A DNA stretch of 62,030 nt, filler included, from Kipferlia bialata (GCA_003568945.1; 6 parts of 6 records of this genome joined end to end with filler, not necessarily neighbours in it); one strand, 5' to 3'. Counted from the whole stretch's first letter, positions 1 to 13,134 are shown. The notes: generated by a model from the letters alone, not told the origin. Program-made: numbers and translations.

Positions 1-479
1 CAATATCCAAAAACACTACATGGAAACACCCTAGTGGCGGATCAGCCCACCACAGAAGTCCACATAGAGATGATTGAACCCATATGTACATTGGAGATTA
101 CCGATAGACCACTCACTTGCGTCAAGGAATATGAATTGATGGTGGGTTGTATACAACCACACGTAGTGAAGTTGCCACGTCGATATCTGACCCTATTACC
201 CTAACCCGAGGGATGATGTAAGAACACTGAGAAGATGTACCTAGTTACGCTCCTTATCACGCAGCAACTCAATTGCACCCCAAACCGCCTCAGCGACGAA
301 CCATTGGCATTGGTCGATACAAGTAAAAGTAAAAGAAAACACCACCTTCTCACGTAAAGCAGATGCAGTATATTGCATAGGTGGTCCCTTAAGGGACCTT
401 GTTTACACTGGAAGAGAGACTCAACGCTGAAACAGTCTCAATAAGAAAAGAAATGCTACACGAAATAGTATCGACACGA

Positions 480-3384
480 TCACTTCCACAGTATCACGTA
501 AGGCATGGTGGTATCGACCCTGGCCACCACCTGGGCGTCATATTCATCTAGCGACGCACACGAGGAGAGTACTGCCTTGAGAGCCAACAGAGACGCCTTG
601 ATTGCCGACACGACATCGGATATGCGGGGGATGTCCACCCCCGGCCCCGATGCATAGCACCTAGGGAGCCTGGCGAACAGGGGGTATTGGTCCTGTGGCT
701 GCTTGAAGGCCAGCGACTTGTCACAGGCTGCAACGGCCCTGTCGAGGCCTGCCACCTTGCCCTCACACCACTGGGCCCAGCTCTCAGAGGCCCTGGCCCT
801 CTGTCCTTGGGAGTGGGCCACGGCGGCAGAGTGGGTGGGGAAGGGGAAGCTCTGGATCCCCAGGAGCGGCATCCACCTACGGTTGTACGTGACACGACCA
901 TCGGCAGAAGACACAGCGGTGTTGGCGGCCTTACTGACTGCGAGGGCGTCTACAAACACTCTAAAGGATAGAGACTGCACCGTGTAGAACAGACCCAGGC
1001 CATTGTTGGGCAGGGTCTTGGCACGTCTCTTCAGAGCACGGACAGGGTCCTCAGGGGCCTTGACGGTGGAGGACTTCCCCCTGATAGGTCTTCTACCCCT
1101 CCCCCTCCCTGCCTGTCTACCCGACCCCCTCCCTTGGGGGGTGGGCACCGAGTGCTTGGCAGCCACCTCGTGTGCCTTGGCACTCAGTGTCACCACCTTC
1201 TCCAAGGACTCCAATGACACCTCCATCGTGGTGGCCAGCATAAGCACATAGGGGTAGGCCTCGTCAGCACGCAGCAGACGGTGTGTGGCGTGGGATGCCA
1301 CGAAGGGTCCCACCATGCCCTGCATCACAGCCCCAAACAGCCAGAGAGACCCCCCCTCTGCAGCTAGGCCCTCCTGTCCCCCCTTGCCCTGGCTGTCCTT
1401 GAGGAAGAAGTCCACACTGTTGTCGAGGAAGTCCCGGCAGAAACGACGCAGAACACGCTGCTTGCGGCACGTGTTGGCGACCAGTATGGCACTGACAAAG
1501 AAGGCCACCCTGGCGACTGCGGCCTGTAGGTAGGGCTTGGCCTGGGTGAAGGATGCCGTTGGGAATGCATCCTGTAACTCCCTGATGATGGTGGACTGGA
1601 GCTGTTGCTGGGCATTCTCCCCCCCAAAGACACCAATCATGAGAAGCCTAGGGTGAGACCAGACACGGTGGGTATAGTCGGAGTATGAGTCAGAGACCAG
1701 TGTGTAACCACCCCTTACCTATCTAGCAGACTACTGTTAGCCTCGAGCACCGAGGGACTGGAGTAGTGTGACTCCGCCGTGGCAGTGTGCAGGATGGAGA
1801 GGAGGCTGGCGTCCTGGGCCACCCGTCTACTGGCAGACCCAGCAACTAGGGATACCATGCGTCTAGTTCTAGACAGGGCAGTCACAACCCAAGTAGGGTC
1901 TGGGGTGAGGGGAGGGGAGAAGGAGGGTATATGATAGATACAAGTCCGTATATGACACCCCCCCACCTGGCAGCACCCTCCTGTCTGGGACACAGTTGGA
2001 CGAGAAGGAGTCAGCCATCAGGGCCTGGCTGTAGAAGAGGTCGATGCCGGGGGTGTCGGCATGGTCGGGGTACACACGCCCCATACCGCATGGGAATGCT
2101 ATGCCCACCACAGTTGGACTGAGGGCCCACATGGCAGCCTCCATCGCCCTGCCCAGCCCTGTCTGCTTCAGGGACTCTGACCCCCCCACCCCGTCTCCCC
2201 CGTTGACAAAGGCACTGGCGACGTGGGCTGCCAGGGCAATGCCCCCGATGACAGCCAGGAGGGCACCCATCTGGGGCAGCTCAGCATCACCCATGGCCCT
2301 GAGGGAGGACACCCACTCCAGGGGTCTGCCAATGGGACACTGGGCCACATCGAGTGCCACCCCATAGCACCTGGGTCTATCATTAAAGTCACCGGAGTCC
2401 ACCATGCCGTCCTTGGCCCCTGGGGACCTGGGGGGCCTTGATCCTGGCTGGTGGGCCAAATGGGAGTTGGGCCCCTGGTTGTGGTCCTCGACCCCATACA
2501 GAATGCCGGGGAACCTGAGTGCCAGCTCGTTGATGCCTGTGACTGCACCCAACAGGGCATGGACAGGCTCAAGGACACCTAGATATCAGAGAGGGAAGAG
2601 AGAGAGAGGAAAGGGAGAGAGAGAGGGAAGAGATAGAGAGAGGGAAGAGAGAGAGAGAGAGGGAAGAGAGAGAGAGGTGGGGGACAGGCTCTAGGACACC
2701 TGGGAGTCAGAGACAGCGGAGGGAGAGGGAGAGAGAGAGAGAAAGGAAGGGGGGGAGGGGTACTGTTACACACTGTACCTGCCAGAATGTCTGGGAAGGA
2801 GAGAGGGGTGTCATCATCGGAGCTCAGGAGTACAAAGAGGTCTCGGGACAGGGACCCAAGCCCGCCTGCCAGGAATCTAATGGGTGAGTAGGAGAGAAAG
2901 AGGTAGTCTGGTATTAGTATGTATTGCACTGTGAGTTTCAATGAGAATAACAGTATACACCAACTCAACACATCTTCCATATGTGTGCCCACCTAGCCAG
3001 GGCTGTGTGCACGAGGGTGTGGGACCAGAGGTGTGTGAGGGCCTGGCCTGTGAAGGAGAGCAGGGCGTCAGTGATGAGGTCCTGTATCGACTGCAGCACA
3101 GCCGGGAACATGACGTCCTGGCCCACCCCCTCCTCCAGAGAGGCAGCCCAGAAGGACAGGTCAGACGCCCAGTCCACAATGCGGGCATGCTCCCTGACCC
3201 CGCGAGAAATGATATCATCCTTGCCCCCATGGGTCATAGCACCTGGAAGGTTGCTGGCTGTGCCTAGCACTGTGGCCAGGGATGCAGGAAGCAGAGGCAG
3301 GGGGCCATCACTGATGTACTCACCAGGAGCCAGTGCATCTGCATACTTCTTGATGTCCTCTAGGCAACACGCAGAGTCTGCCAT
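480..3384 (-). CDS. NAA35: NatC auxiliary subunit NAA35/MAK10-like protein (multi-exon)
   Basis: N-terminus MADSACCLEDIKKYADALAPGEYISDGPLPLLPASLATVLG and a later ...FTGQALTHLWSHTLVH resemble the Mak10 domain pattern (L.pGEli....f.L..amsA.ei / G..l.qtl.t.ly.h). About five exons with GT-AG introns; stop at 480. Recognised from memory, not by search. Confidence 0.5.
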
Positions 3385-3839
3385 GAGTCTATATTTATAA
3401 CGGCAGAGAGAGTACACTCTCAGTCACCCAACGTACCCTCTGACACCAAGTCCACGTGTTCCAGCTGCTCATACACAGAGTGAGGCACTTCCATCAGTGC
3501 CCCAAGTATGAGACAGCAGAGAAAGGCGCCTGTATGACCAGGGCACACTGGACTCCGAGTGCAGAGAATTTTGCTCTCGACGGGGCTTGAACCCACATCC
3601 TCGGACTGGTAGGTCGGCTCACACCATAGAGTCATTGATGTATTGACGTATGTCAATGATACATGTCAATTAGCTGTGTTGAACCATGTCTTTCTACCCA
3701 GTGTACAATACTAGTTCCAGGTGAACATAATCTCAGATTCAACTTCGTTACCAGTCACAACGGAATACATTTAGTACGCCAAACACAAAACAAGTATCTG
3801 CAAAGATACACTAATAATCAACGCGTCTCCCATCCCACT

Positions 3840-6427
3840 CTAGTCCACCTTAGTTGTGGTCTGTGGCATGAATCTAAAGAGGACGACAGCAATCACACAG
3901 CAGAGCAGGGTGAGGGACAGCCTCTCCCTGGGAGGTGAGAAGAGAGGGGAAGAAGGGGTATCAACTTCCTCAATTATACAAGGGTCTTAGTGTATATACT
4001 CACCAGAAGTCAGTGATTCCACCACTGCCAGACACAAACCCATATGCATCGAGCTTGGCCCCCTTGGACACAAAGAGTGTCTTGGAGTCCTTTCCTATGG
4101 ATAAGATGACGTAGATTACATCCAATATGACAATAATACATATAGCACGCTATACCCACCTGGGCTGAGACCCCCAAAGAACACCCCTCTGCTGGGCACT
4201 GCCTGGACCTGGGAGACCCCCTCCCCATCAGCCTCGGCTTCTCCCTCAGGCACAGGCACCACCTCCTGGCCCTTATCCTCAGCCAAGATGGGTGGCAGCT
4301 CCAGGTGCAGGAGGAGTGACCCAGAGTGGGAGTTGACGACAAAGAGGTCGTCTCCAAGCTCTGCAACCACTACGTAGAAGCCAGGGGACAGCTCCTGCAC
4401 AGACACCTCCGTGTGTGCCGGGTCGGGCACTACCCCAGTCTCCAGGTACCACTCAGTCTCGCCATCGAGACCGGCACACAGCAGGAGGCCCTCAGCAGAC
4501 ACAAAGACGAGGTTGGGCTCTGACTCCACACTCCTCCTCAGCACAAGAGGGGGGGCACCTGCAACAGGGGTGGGTATGGTGAAGGCACCCCCCAGGCTGC
4601 TGATAGACCCTGAGTGGTGCTGGTTGAGGGAGGACGAGACGTCAGAGGCAGACAGAGACCTGCCCCAGGCATGGTAGTATGATGGGGCACCACTCTCTCC
4701 CACGGTGATGTCTAAACAGTGTGCATAGCTTCCCTGCCTCTTAGCGGGAGTGCGTCTGGAGAATGCAGCCTGGGTGTCTGAGACGTAGCACGCCCTCATC
4801 CCCCCCCCACTCTCCACCAGCGTCACCCCCTCTGCCCTCTGCAGCACTGCCAGGGGGACACCATCTGCCGCATTGAACACCGACACCAGGTGGGGGGAGT
4901 CCAGGATAAGGGTGTCGGACAGACCCTGCCTCTCCCGCACATCCCTCAGTCCCTCGGCCTCCAGCTGAGCCAGGGCCTTGCTGCGGCCGTATGCTGACCG
5001 CTGCTCCTTCCTCTTCCGCCACATGGCAGGGAGCCACGCACTGCTCTCGTAGGGCAGGGGCTGCTGCACCCTGGCATCTACTAGGTGTGTCCCATGGCCA
5101 TGCCTCAACTCATTGGACTGCATGGAGGGGGAGGCTGCGGCAGAGGCTAGGAGGGCCACAGACTCGTCTGAGGGTGCCTCTGTAATACTGTTGCCAATGT
5201 GGGGGTTCTCGATGGAGAGAGAGGCCGAGGAGGGGGTGGGGTCCTCTGCCACGACAGCTGTCCATGCCACAGGTCTGATGGGCATGCCGGGTGCGGCCTC
5301 AGGGTACTCCATGACTGTGCTGTACAGGACAGACCCATCGTCAGAGGCAAGGCCAAACAGCACCACAAAGGCAGACCCGTCAGCCTGCTTGGCCACAGCT
5401 GACACAGCCACTATGCCACCACCTGAGGCAGCGGAGGTGTCATCAGCAAAGAGAGAGAGAGAGAAGTCCTCGAGGCTCACTGTGCTCTCGGCATCCCAGT
5501 ACTGGGTCAGGTCCTTGCACCACAGGACACCTCTCTTGAGCTCCGAGGGGAAGATGCACACCTCCAGACCAGATGAGAGGAACCCCACATAGCGCTGCCT
5601 GACGCCTATGGGCCCCTCTGCCTCTGCCTCTGCCTCTGGGTGGTAGGGGTCGAGGGGACTGGGGGGTGGGTCGAGCCGGCCTGTCTCGATGGCCACCACC
5701 TCGCCATTGAGGGGGCGGGAGGTGCGCCTCTCAGTGTCTGTGAACAGCAGGGGGATGGACACAGAGAGGGCCCTGCCTGCCCACTCGCTCTGCCTCTCTG
5801 CCCCGTGCACCATGTCAGACAGACCGTGCACGGCTGCGGCACTGTGGCTCTCATAGGCATTGGAGTACCGCTGGGAGGCAAGTCTGGGGGTGGACGGGGG
5901 GGGGGAGGGAGACACATGACACAGACTACATAGAGACAATCAGTGAGCGAACCAGTGGGCCATACAGCAATGTACACGCTACGTGCCCATCTAAACACAT
6001 CAGAAGGCGGCTATAAAACTCGCTACCTCGAGGACTGGGCCAAGTCACTAGCCAGGCCATATAGGCACATGGCTAGGACATATGATTGACCCTGACGCGG
6101 CATAAATGTGGATATGACATGGGGGAAGTGGACGCGGAATCTGGGGTGAGCAACAGAGTGATACTGGGTACAGAATGAGCTGAAGTGTGATGGTACCAAA
6201 CACACACAGAATGAAGCCCATTACCTGCTGGTCTCCCAGGACAGATGCACCACGGAGGGGGCCAGCTTGGACGTCTCATACCATGTGGAGTCAATGTAGG
6301 AGTGGTCACTCAGAAGGGGAACGAACACAGGCTCCGACCGCCTTCTGAAGAGATAGGGGTAGAGCAGGAGGCCCACAAGGACAGCGAGCAAGTCGCTGAT
6401 GCGGAATTTGAATCCCCCTCCGCCCAT
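3840..6427 (-). CDS. FG-GAP/beta-propeller membrane protein resembling plant NERD1 (multi-exon)
   Basis: N-terminal hydrophobic anchor FRISDLLAVLVGLLLY...KLAPSVVHL; 607-aa ORF with VVAIETGRLD, FLSSGLEVCIFPSELK..LW, LVFVSAEG...WYLET and SGSLLLHLELP; final exon encodes a TM helix LSLTLLCCVIAVVLF before TAG at 3840-3842. Confidence 0.55.
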
Positions 6428-6550
6428 TGACGTGGCCTGAGAGAGAGTCACTCTTGGCATCCCTGACCTCTGCACCCTTTGCTATTTTTACCTCCTTTCA
6501 GGCCTCCGCTGCTGATGGCCAGGTGCACTATCCTCGGCAACCATTATCAG

Positions 6551-6698
6551 ATGCCACTTGTGATTGTATATGGCAACCCATGTAGTGGAAAGACCACACG
6601 GGCTGTGGAGCTGCAGCAGGCCATGGAGGCCGAGGGCATGCGTGTGGTGCTGATCAACACTGAGACACTGAAGGTCAAGAGGAAGAGGGTGTACAAAG
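6551..6698 (+). CDS. KTI12: KTI12 (Elongator-associated P-loop protein), first exon only
   Basis: MPLVIVYGNPCSGKTTRAVEL matches the characteristic KTI12 N-terminus (MPLV...G.P.SGK.TRA..L). It is followed by a GT donor; the rest of the gene is not seen. Confidence 0.8.
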
Positions 6699-6858
6699 GT
6701 ACTACTAGTTAGTCTCTCACTCATTATGAGACTGAAATGGGTATTATAGAGTGACAGGGATATATTCTACAGTCCCCCCCCCCCCCCCCCCCCCCCCCCG
6801 CGCTCCCAGTTCACCTTTCGCTCTGTCTCTCTCTATGTGTATTTGTCTCACTCTCAGG

Positions 6859-7494
6859 GTGAGACTAGGGAGGAGAGGAAGGCCCGCATTGAGGCTGGCA
6901 GGAAGGAGTACAGCACAGAGTACATCGAGTCCATTTTCGAGCGCTTCGGAGACCCCAGGTATGCAGATATATACTAGTATATACATATGTGTATATCCAT
7001 GTGTTTACCCCCAGGTGCACTGCCATCATCTGCCGTCTGCCCTATGAGCTGCCAGAGTACCAGCTGGAGTCAGTGGTCAGACGCTTTGGCCGCGTCAGAG
7101 ACCTGCACATGATTTGCGACAGGTACCCGCCCTCTCTCTCTCTCTCTTACTATATTTTATTGACGTCTCTCACTCCAGGGAGGGCCTCCCCCGTGGATAC
7201 GCTTTTGTGCGCTTCAGAGACCCCGAGAGTGTTGATGAGCTGCGTGATCGGGAGGGCAGGTAGGGTTTACGCATATAATATACTGTGTGTTATTTTAGCA
7301 TCTCTGTTTCTCTGTGGTGCCTGACCTATAGGCTTCGTGACATGCTCCGCTGCAGGTGCGTGGTGGACCGTGTGCGTTGCCAGGACAACAAGTGGTTCCC
7401 CCGGAGGCTGGGTGGGGGCCTGGGAAAGACGAGGCAGGTGCAGATGAAGAAGAGGAAGATCCTCAAGCACTCTGGTGGCAGGGGAGGTCGCTAA
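6859..7494 (+). CDS. SNRNP70: U1 snRNP 70K RRM protein, four exons, N-terminus missing
   Basis: Spliced product GETREERKAR...GDPRCTAIICRLPY...FGRVRDLHMICD-REGLPRGYAFVRF (RNP1)...VVDRVR...WFPRRLGGGLGKTR. The ETREER and W.PRRLGGGLG signatures are typical of U1-70K. Confidence 0.8.
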
Positions 7495-7691
7495 GCAGAT
7501 CACACCCTAGGTGTTGATCGGATTGGTATCGATGGGAGAATAGATACAATCATGTCACAGTGCTCTGGTGAACTTCCACTAGTGGAAGCAGTATCTCATT
7601 TACACCCTTGAAGTTTTTGATCAATTGATTTTCAATGATTGATTGGTCCAATTTGGTGGTTGGACTGCAGCCTCTTCAACCCATTGAACAT

Positions 7692-8197
7692 ATGTCCTCC
7701 GATAACAAGGCTGTTGAGCGTGATTGCGGTGTCGTGAAGAGGTGCGGCAACCCGCTGTTGCCATTACTGGTCGTAATTTTTGTACCTATTTGTGTGTTAC
7801 ACTCGTGAACTTACATCAGGCTCGCCAGGTCCCTCGAGTACGACCGCAGAGAGCTCTCCCAGGAGATCTCCCGTGCCACCCAGATCGAGTCCACTGGTGA
7901 CGCTGCCCGTCTGAAGCAGCAGCAGAGCGTGGTGGCCGAGGCCGAGATGATGATCCCCTTCACCGAGGTGTGTTGGACTCGAATTTCTCTGTCTACCTTC
8001 GAACTTCAGTCTATATTCATTTACGTATCTTAGGATACTCCGTTTTACTTACTGTTTCTTACTGTCAGAAGAAGATCAAGGAGGCCATTGCCGCCCTCGA
8101 GGCCAAGGTTGCCAAGGGAGGCCCCAGGGTCTCTGAGGAGAACCAGACCAAGGCCGCCGAGGTCATCGCCATGGCCAAGTCCATCCTGGAGGCTTAA
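7692..8197 (+). CDS. TBCA: Tubulin-specific chaperone A (three exons)
   Basis: MSSDNKAVERDCGVVKR-LARSLEYDRREL...LKQQQSVVAEAEMMIP-KKIKEAIAALE matches the TBCA pattern (GVVKRL.KE...Y; KQ..VL.E..MMIP). Confidence 0.85.
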
Positions 8198-8393
8198 AGT
8201 GTTGTATCATAAATCAGTGTAACCCTAGTGGGTCTTGTTCTTGTGCAGTATTGCTTTCATCTCCCAGCTCTCTCCTGTGCAGCAGAGTCTATGGCCATCA
8301 TTTTAGCGAGAGTTTTTGTCTGAGTAGACATTGAGGGGGCAGAGGTAGCAATGCTGAACATGAGCCCGAGCTGCTTTCTAAGCCGTCGTTTGC

Positions 8394-11151
8394 ATGTCCA
8401 ACGAGCGTGATGGCCCCACTCCGCCCAGGAGTAAGCGGAGTAAGTGGGATGTAGGTGCTGAGGGTGACCATGTGGTCGCTCCGTCAATTCAGGCTATGGA
8501 TGAGCAGAAGGTTCAGAGCATGAGGCAGTCTAGGGAGTCACAGGAGCTGGAGAAGAAGCTGGCTATCCTGAACAGGCCTTGGAAGGTTGAGGATCTCGAT
8601 CACCTCCTTCCAACTGCTGGTTATGTTGTTGTAGAGCCTCCCGCTGAGTATGAGCGGAAGCCACCCAAGGAGGAGGCCATCCATGCCGGGCTAGAGATGC
8701 TCGACAACCACGGAGAGCTGGCACCAGCCAATGAGCTGCTGCCTAACCTGAAGGTCGGAGATCAGGAGGTGTTTGGTGCCCTGCTGGGCAAGGAGCGCGA
8801 GGGAGCCGGAAAGGTTAGTTGTGTGGTTCTCTGTCATTCTTCTCCTATTGTTATTGGGCTCCGTTGTTACTTGTTCATTACACCTGTTAGGGACTCCGCT
8901 ATGTATGTTTTGTCGTGGGATACAGAGTCATGTATCGTGTGTTTGTATATGTGTCTGTCTGGTTGTCATATCTTACCAATACCCTATCTCACCTTGCACA
9001 TTGCGTCTTCTCTCAAACTCAGGATGAGAAGAAGAGCCGTGAGATTCTGGAGCTGCTGCTCAAGGTCAAGAACGGCACCCCCTCCCAGAGGAAGGCTGCC
9101 CTGCGTGCCATCCAGAACAACGCACTCGCCTTTGGAGTCGATGCTCTGTTCACACACATCCTCGCCCTGCTGCGGTCGCCCACCACAGAGGACATTGAGA
9201 GGCATCTCTTGGTTAAGGTGCGTTGGTAGTGTTCCAGGCTCTATTGGCATTAGCACTCTTATCCTCGTCTCTCTCTCTCTCTCTCTCTCTCCACCTTCCA
9301 TTCAAGTCACTGACCCCAGGTTATAGATCGTATTACATTCCAGCTCCAGTACCGGTTGCGGCCCTGGACTGGCAGGCTGCTGAATGCCATTGAGCCCATG
9401 CTCATTGACAGGGCAGACCCATACGCCAGGTATGACTCTCTCTCTCTCTCCCTCCCCCTGCACCCCCACTCTCTCCTATGTGCTGCCCCCACCCCCCCTT
9501 TCCCTTACTCCAGGGTTGAGGGACGCCAGATCATCTCCAACCTGTCCAAGGCTGTGGGCATCTCCACCATGATGGGCGCCCTTCTGCCCAGGGTGTCCTC
9601 CAACACAACGGAGAGCGAGAGGGAGAGCGCCGCTCTCTCCATTGCAGTGGTGGCATCCTCCCTCAGTGTGCCTGTGGTCATGCCGTTCCTCAAGGTATAT
9701 CCGCTGTTTGCAGTCACTATAGAGACCCATTGTCTCTTCTACTCCATATCCCCATCTCTCTCTGCCCCCCCCCCCACCCCCAGGCCATCTGTGCCTCTGA
9801 GATGGTCGAGGCCAGGCACACCGGCATGCTCATTGTGCGTGAGACTGCCAGGCTGCTGGGTCTCTCCTCCCTGCCCCACCTTGCTGATCTCTCCTCCCTT
9901 GCCGGTCCCCTCCTGGGTCAGGGCGAGTCCCTCAACGTCAGGACAATGTCCGCCAGGGCACTCTGCTCTCTGGCTGAGTCTGCCTACCCCTATGGATTCG
10001 AGGCCTTCGAGCCTCTGGTCGAGCCCCTCAACCGCATCTTTGTGCGCGAGTCCTCGATCAAGCTGCGTGCCGCTGCCTGCCGTGCCCTCGGCTCCATCGT
10101 GCCCCTCATGGATGATGAGAAGGCCTCCCTCTTCCTCGAGGGGTACCTCCCCGAGATCAGGCGCATCATTGCTGGAGACAGGTCTCGCAGCGTGCGTGTC
10201 GACTCCTTCAACCGCGCCCTGCTCTACGCCCTGAAGCAGTGCCTTATCTCCCCAGCCATGACACAGGTACATACATTCACGTATATACATACTCACCCCC
10301 CCCCCAGTGCATAGTATATCAATGTCTTTATATGTGTGCCGCATCTCACAACTTCAGGACACCGGTCGCAACATGGTCAAGGCCTTCTTCACCTACTTCT
10401 GGTCGGTGCGTGTTGTCTCTGACAGGCGCATGTCCCTGGAGCTCCTTGACACCACTGTCGAGCTGGCTGCCAAGACTGGTGAGTGTTCATATCAGTACAC
10501 TATTTTTATCAATATCCTCACTTCAGGACCTGAGTTTGTTGTCCCCATTGTGGGCAGGTTCCTCAAGATGGAGCAGCCCCTGCGCGTCCTGTCCTACAGG
10601 GTGCTCGAGAAGGTGCTCTCTCAGTACGGAGCCGGCAACCTCGACTCCCGCACTGCCTCTGAGCTTCTGGACGGCGTCCTCTCTGCCGTTCACTCCCACT
10701 CTGGCAACGAGGGAGAGGGCTGGCTCATGGACTGCTGCGGTGCCGTGTTTGTCGCCCTTGGAGGAGACAGGGTGGCACCCGTCAGTGTCATGGTCTGTCA
10801 GGAGATCGAGGACCTGCTGCAGCACGTACGTGATGCACACCTTACTCTCTCTCTATCTCTATCTGTATCCCTCTCCGTCTCCGCCTCTTGTCTTACCACC
10901 AGGGTGAGCCCAACCTGCGTACCCGTGGTGCCAACCTCATCATCCGTGCTGCCGAGACCCTGGGTGCCGCAGGAGACGTGGCCAGGGAGAGGCTGACTGG
11001 AGTGTACGGTGCCCTCTATGAGGGACTGCAGGAGGAGTTCCCAGACACCCTGGCCGCTCTGATCAACGCAGTCAACATGCTGGTCAGAGTGCTGGGTGTG
11101 GACAACCTTAGGCCACCCGTCGAGGACCTGCTGCCAAGGTGAGGGCTCACC

Positions 11152-11185
<34 letters not shown>

Positions 11186-11582
11186 CCCCCCCTCTCCACA
11201 CACACCTTACCTCCAGGCTCACCCCTATTCTGCGTAACGTGCACGATGCTGTCCAGGAGGCCACCATCGACCTCATTGGCCGCCTTGCCAACCTGGCACC
11301 CGAGAGGGCCTCTCCCAAGGAGTGGGTGCGTATCTCCTTCGAGCTGCTGGAGCTGTTCCGTGCCAGGCGCAAGAGCACCCAGAGGGCCACAGTCAATGCC
11401 TTCGGGTACATTGCCAAGGGCCTGGGCCCCCACGATGTGCTGGACACCCTGCTCAACAACCTGCGTGTGCAGAACAGACAGCTCAGAGTGTGCTCCACTG
11501 TGGCCATTGCCGTTGTGGCTGACACATGCGCACCCTTCACCGTGCTGCCATACCTCATGAACGAGTACCTGGTGCCAACCAG
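8394..11582 (+). CDS. SF3B1: Splicing factor 3B subunit 1 (HEAT repeats), 3'-truncated by contig end
   Basis: KRSKWD ULM-like motif, [81 protein letters not shown]; about nine exons. Confidence 0.97.
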
Positions 11583-11600
11583 GTGGGTATATATGTGTGT

Positions 11601-11652
<52 letters not shown>

Positions 11653-11752
11653 NNNNNNNNNNNNNNNNNNNNNNNNNNNNNNNNNNNNNNNNNNNNTTAA
11701 TTAATTAANNNNNNNNNNNNNNNNNNNNNNNNNNNNNNNNNNNNNNNNNNNN
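11653..11752. other. Artificial contig spacer
   Basis: 100-nt N-run containing TTAATTAATTAA (stops in all six frames). Confidence 0.99.
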
Positions 11753-11851
11753 TAGTGACCCTCACCTCCAGGAGGTGGTAGCCCAGTCACCCCTGTGAGG
11801 GATATATGTATATATGTATGTGTCTGTACTAATTGTGTCACTAACCACCAG

Positions 11852-13093
11852 GCGTGGGTACAGTCACCCCTCAGAGGGAGAGGGATACCCAGACCGACTC
11901 AGGCGTTGACTGGGTGCCTGACCCGAAGGAGAGCACCCTGGTGCAGCGCACCCCTCCAAACTCTGGGGTATGTCAAGTCTATTACTATATGTGAATGGTA
12001 TTGTAATTCATACTATGTATACATATGTACCTATACATGCGTGTCATGAGCACCGTAGTACAGTACACAGCCAACTCTGTGGTACGTTCAGTCATATTTC
12101 TATACGTGTACACTCCTGGTACATTGACACTATATATGAATATGCTACAAGTATGGGCCACCCTGGATTGAGATACCCGGGACATACGTATCCGCATAGC
12201 TACACATATATATACACCATTGTATCTTCCTGCTAACTGCCAGACCCTGAAGCTCATCAAGAAGTTCGAGACTGACCGTGTGCAGGGGGAGACCCATATC
12301 CCACTCCCTACCTCCATCGCACCCAACAGACACCGCATGGAGGGAGCCTATGCGGTATGTCATATATAGTGTACACTATAGTGTGTATACTATAAGCTAG
12401 GTAAATAGAAGTGATGAAGGTGACTGACAGAGAGAGTGTCTCTTCTACCTTAGAACATTATTGACACCTAATATCGACTGTCAGCCTCACTATCACCATC
12501 TAGTCGCTGACATTCACAGAGCATTACTATATTCTTACGAGAGTGTCTTGCATCTCACAATAGTGTATACTAACCTACCGCTGTCGTATACCAACGGCTG
12601 ACACTTATCTTCGATGCAGCTACATATGATACAGTGTACCAATAGTACACATGACTGACAACCAGCTAGCATCACAGTCACAATATATACACAAGTAGAC
12701 CTAGTTGTATCAAAATTCTTATGTACATATATATACATGTCTTCGGAGGGAGTTCATCACTGACACCCAGCGTGTAGCACCAGTGCCGGGCAGTTCTGTG
12801 TATGGGAACATATACACACCAGCAGGTACTGTTCATAGTACTCTCGTGATACTGTATGGACACTGACTATATATACACTCCTTCACACGACATATCTGGC
12901 CACACACTGTCATATACATATATTTATGGCTCTATTACATGTTGCGACTACACTCAACTATCACTATTTGTGATTCACTAACATCGCCAGCCACGTTAAT
13001 CGAATTGCACTCCTCCCACTATACGTATGTATATATATATATGTATTATGTGTGCATGTACCCGACCCTATGAGAAGTGTTAGGAGGCCCTAC

Positions 13094-13134
<41 letters not shown>

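Noticed and set aside
190..210. Telomere-like ccctaaccc
   Set aside because: A single unit only; not an array.
6859..7494. Minor-spliceosome SNRNP35 assignment
   Set aside because: The ETREER segment and GGGLGKTR ending fit U1-70K; the SNRNP35 GQLRFGG motif is absent.
6859..11582. Clustering of two spliceosomal genes (U1-70K and SF3B1)
   Set aside because: Separated by TBCA in a gene-dense region; no evidence beyond chance.
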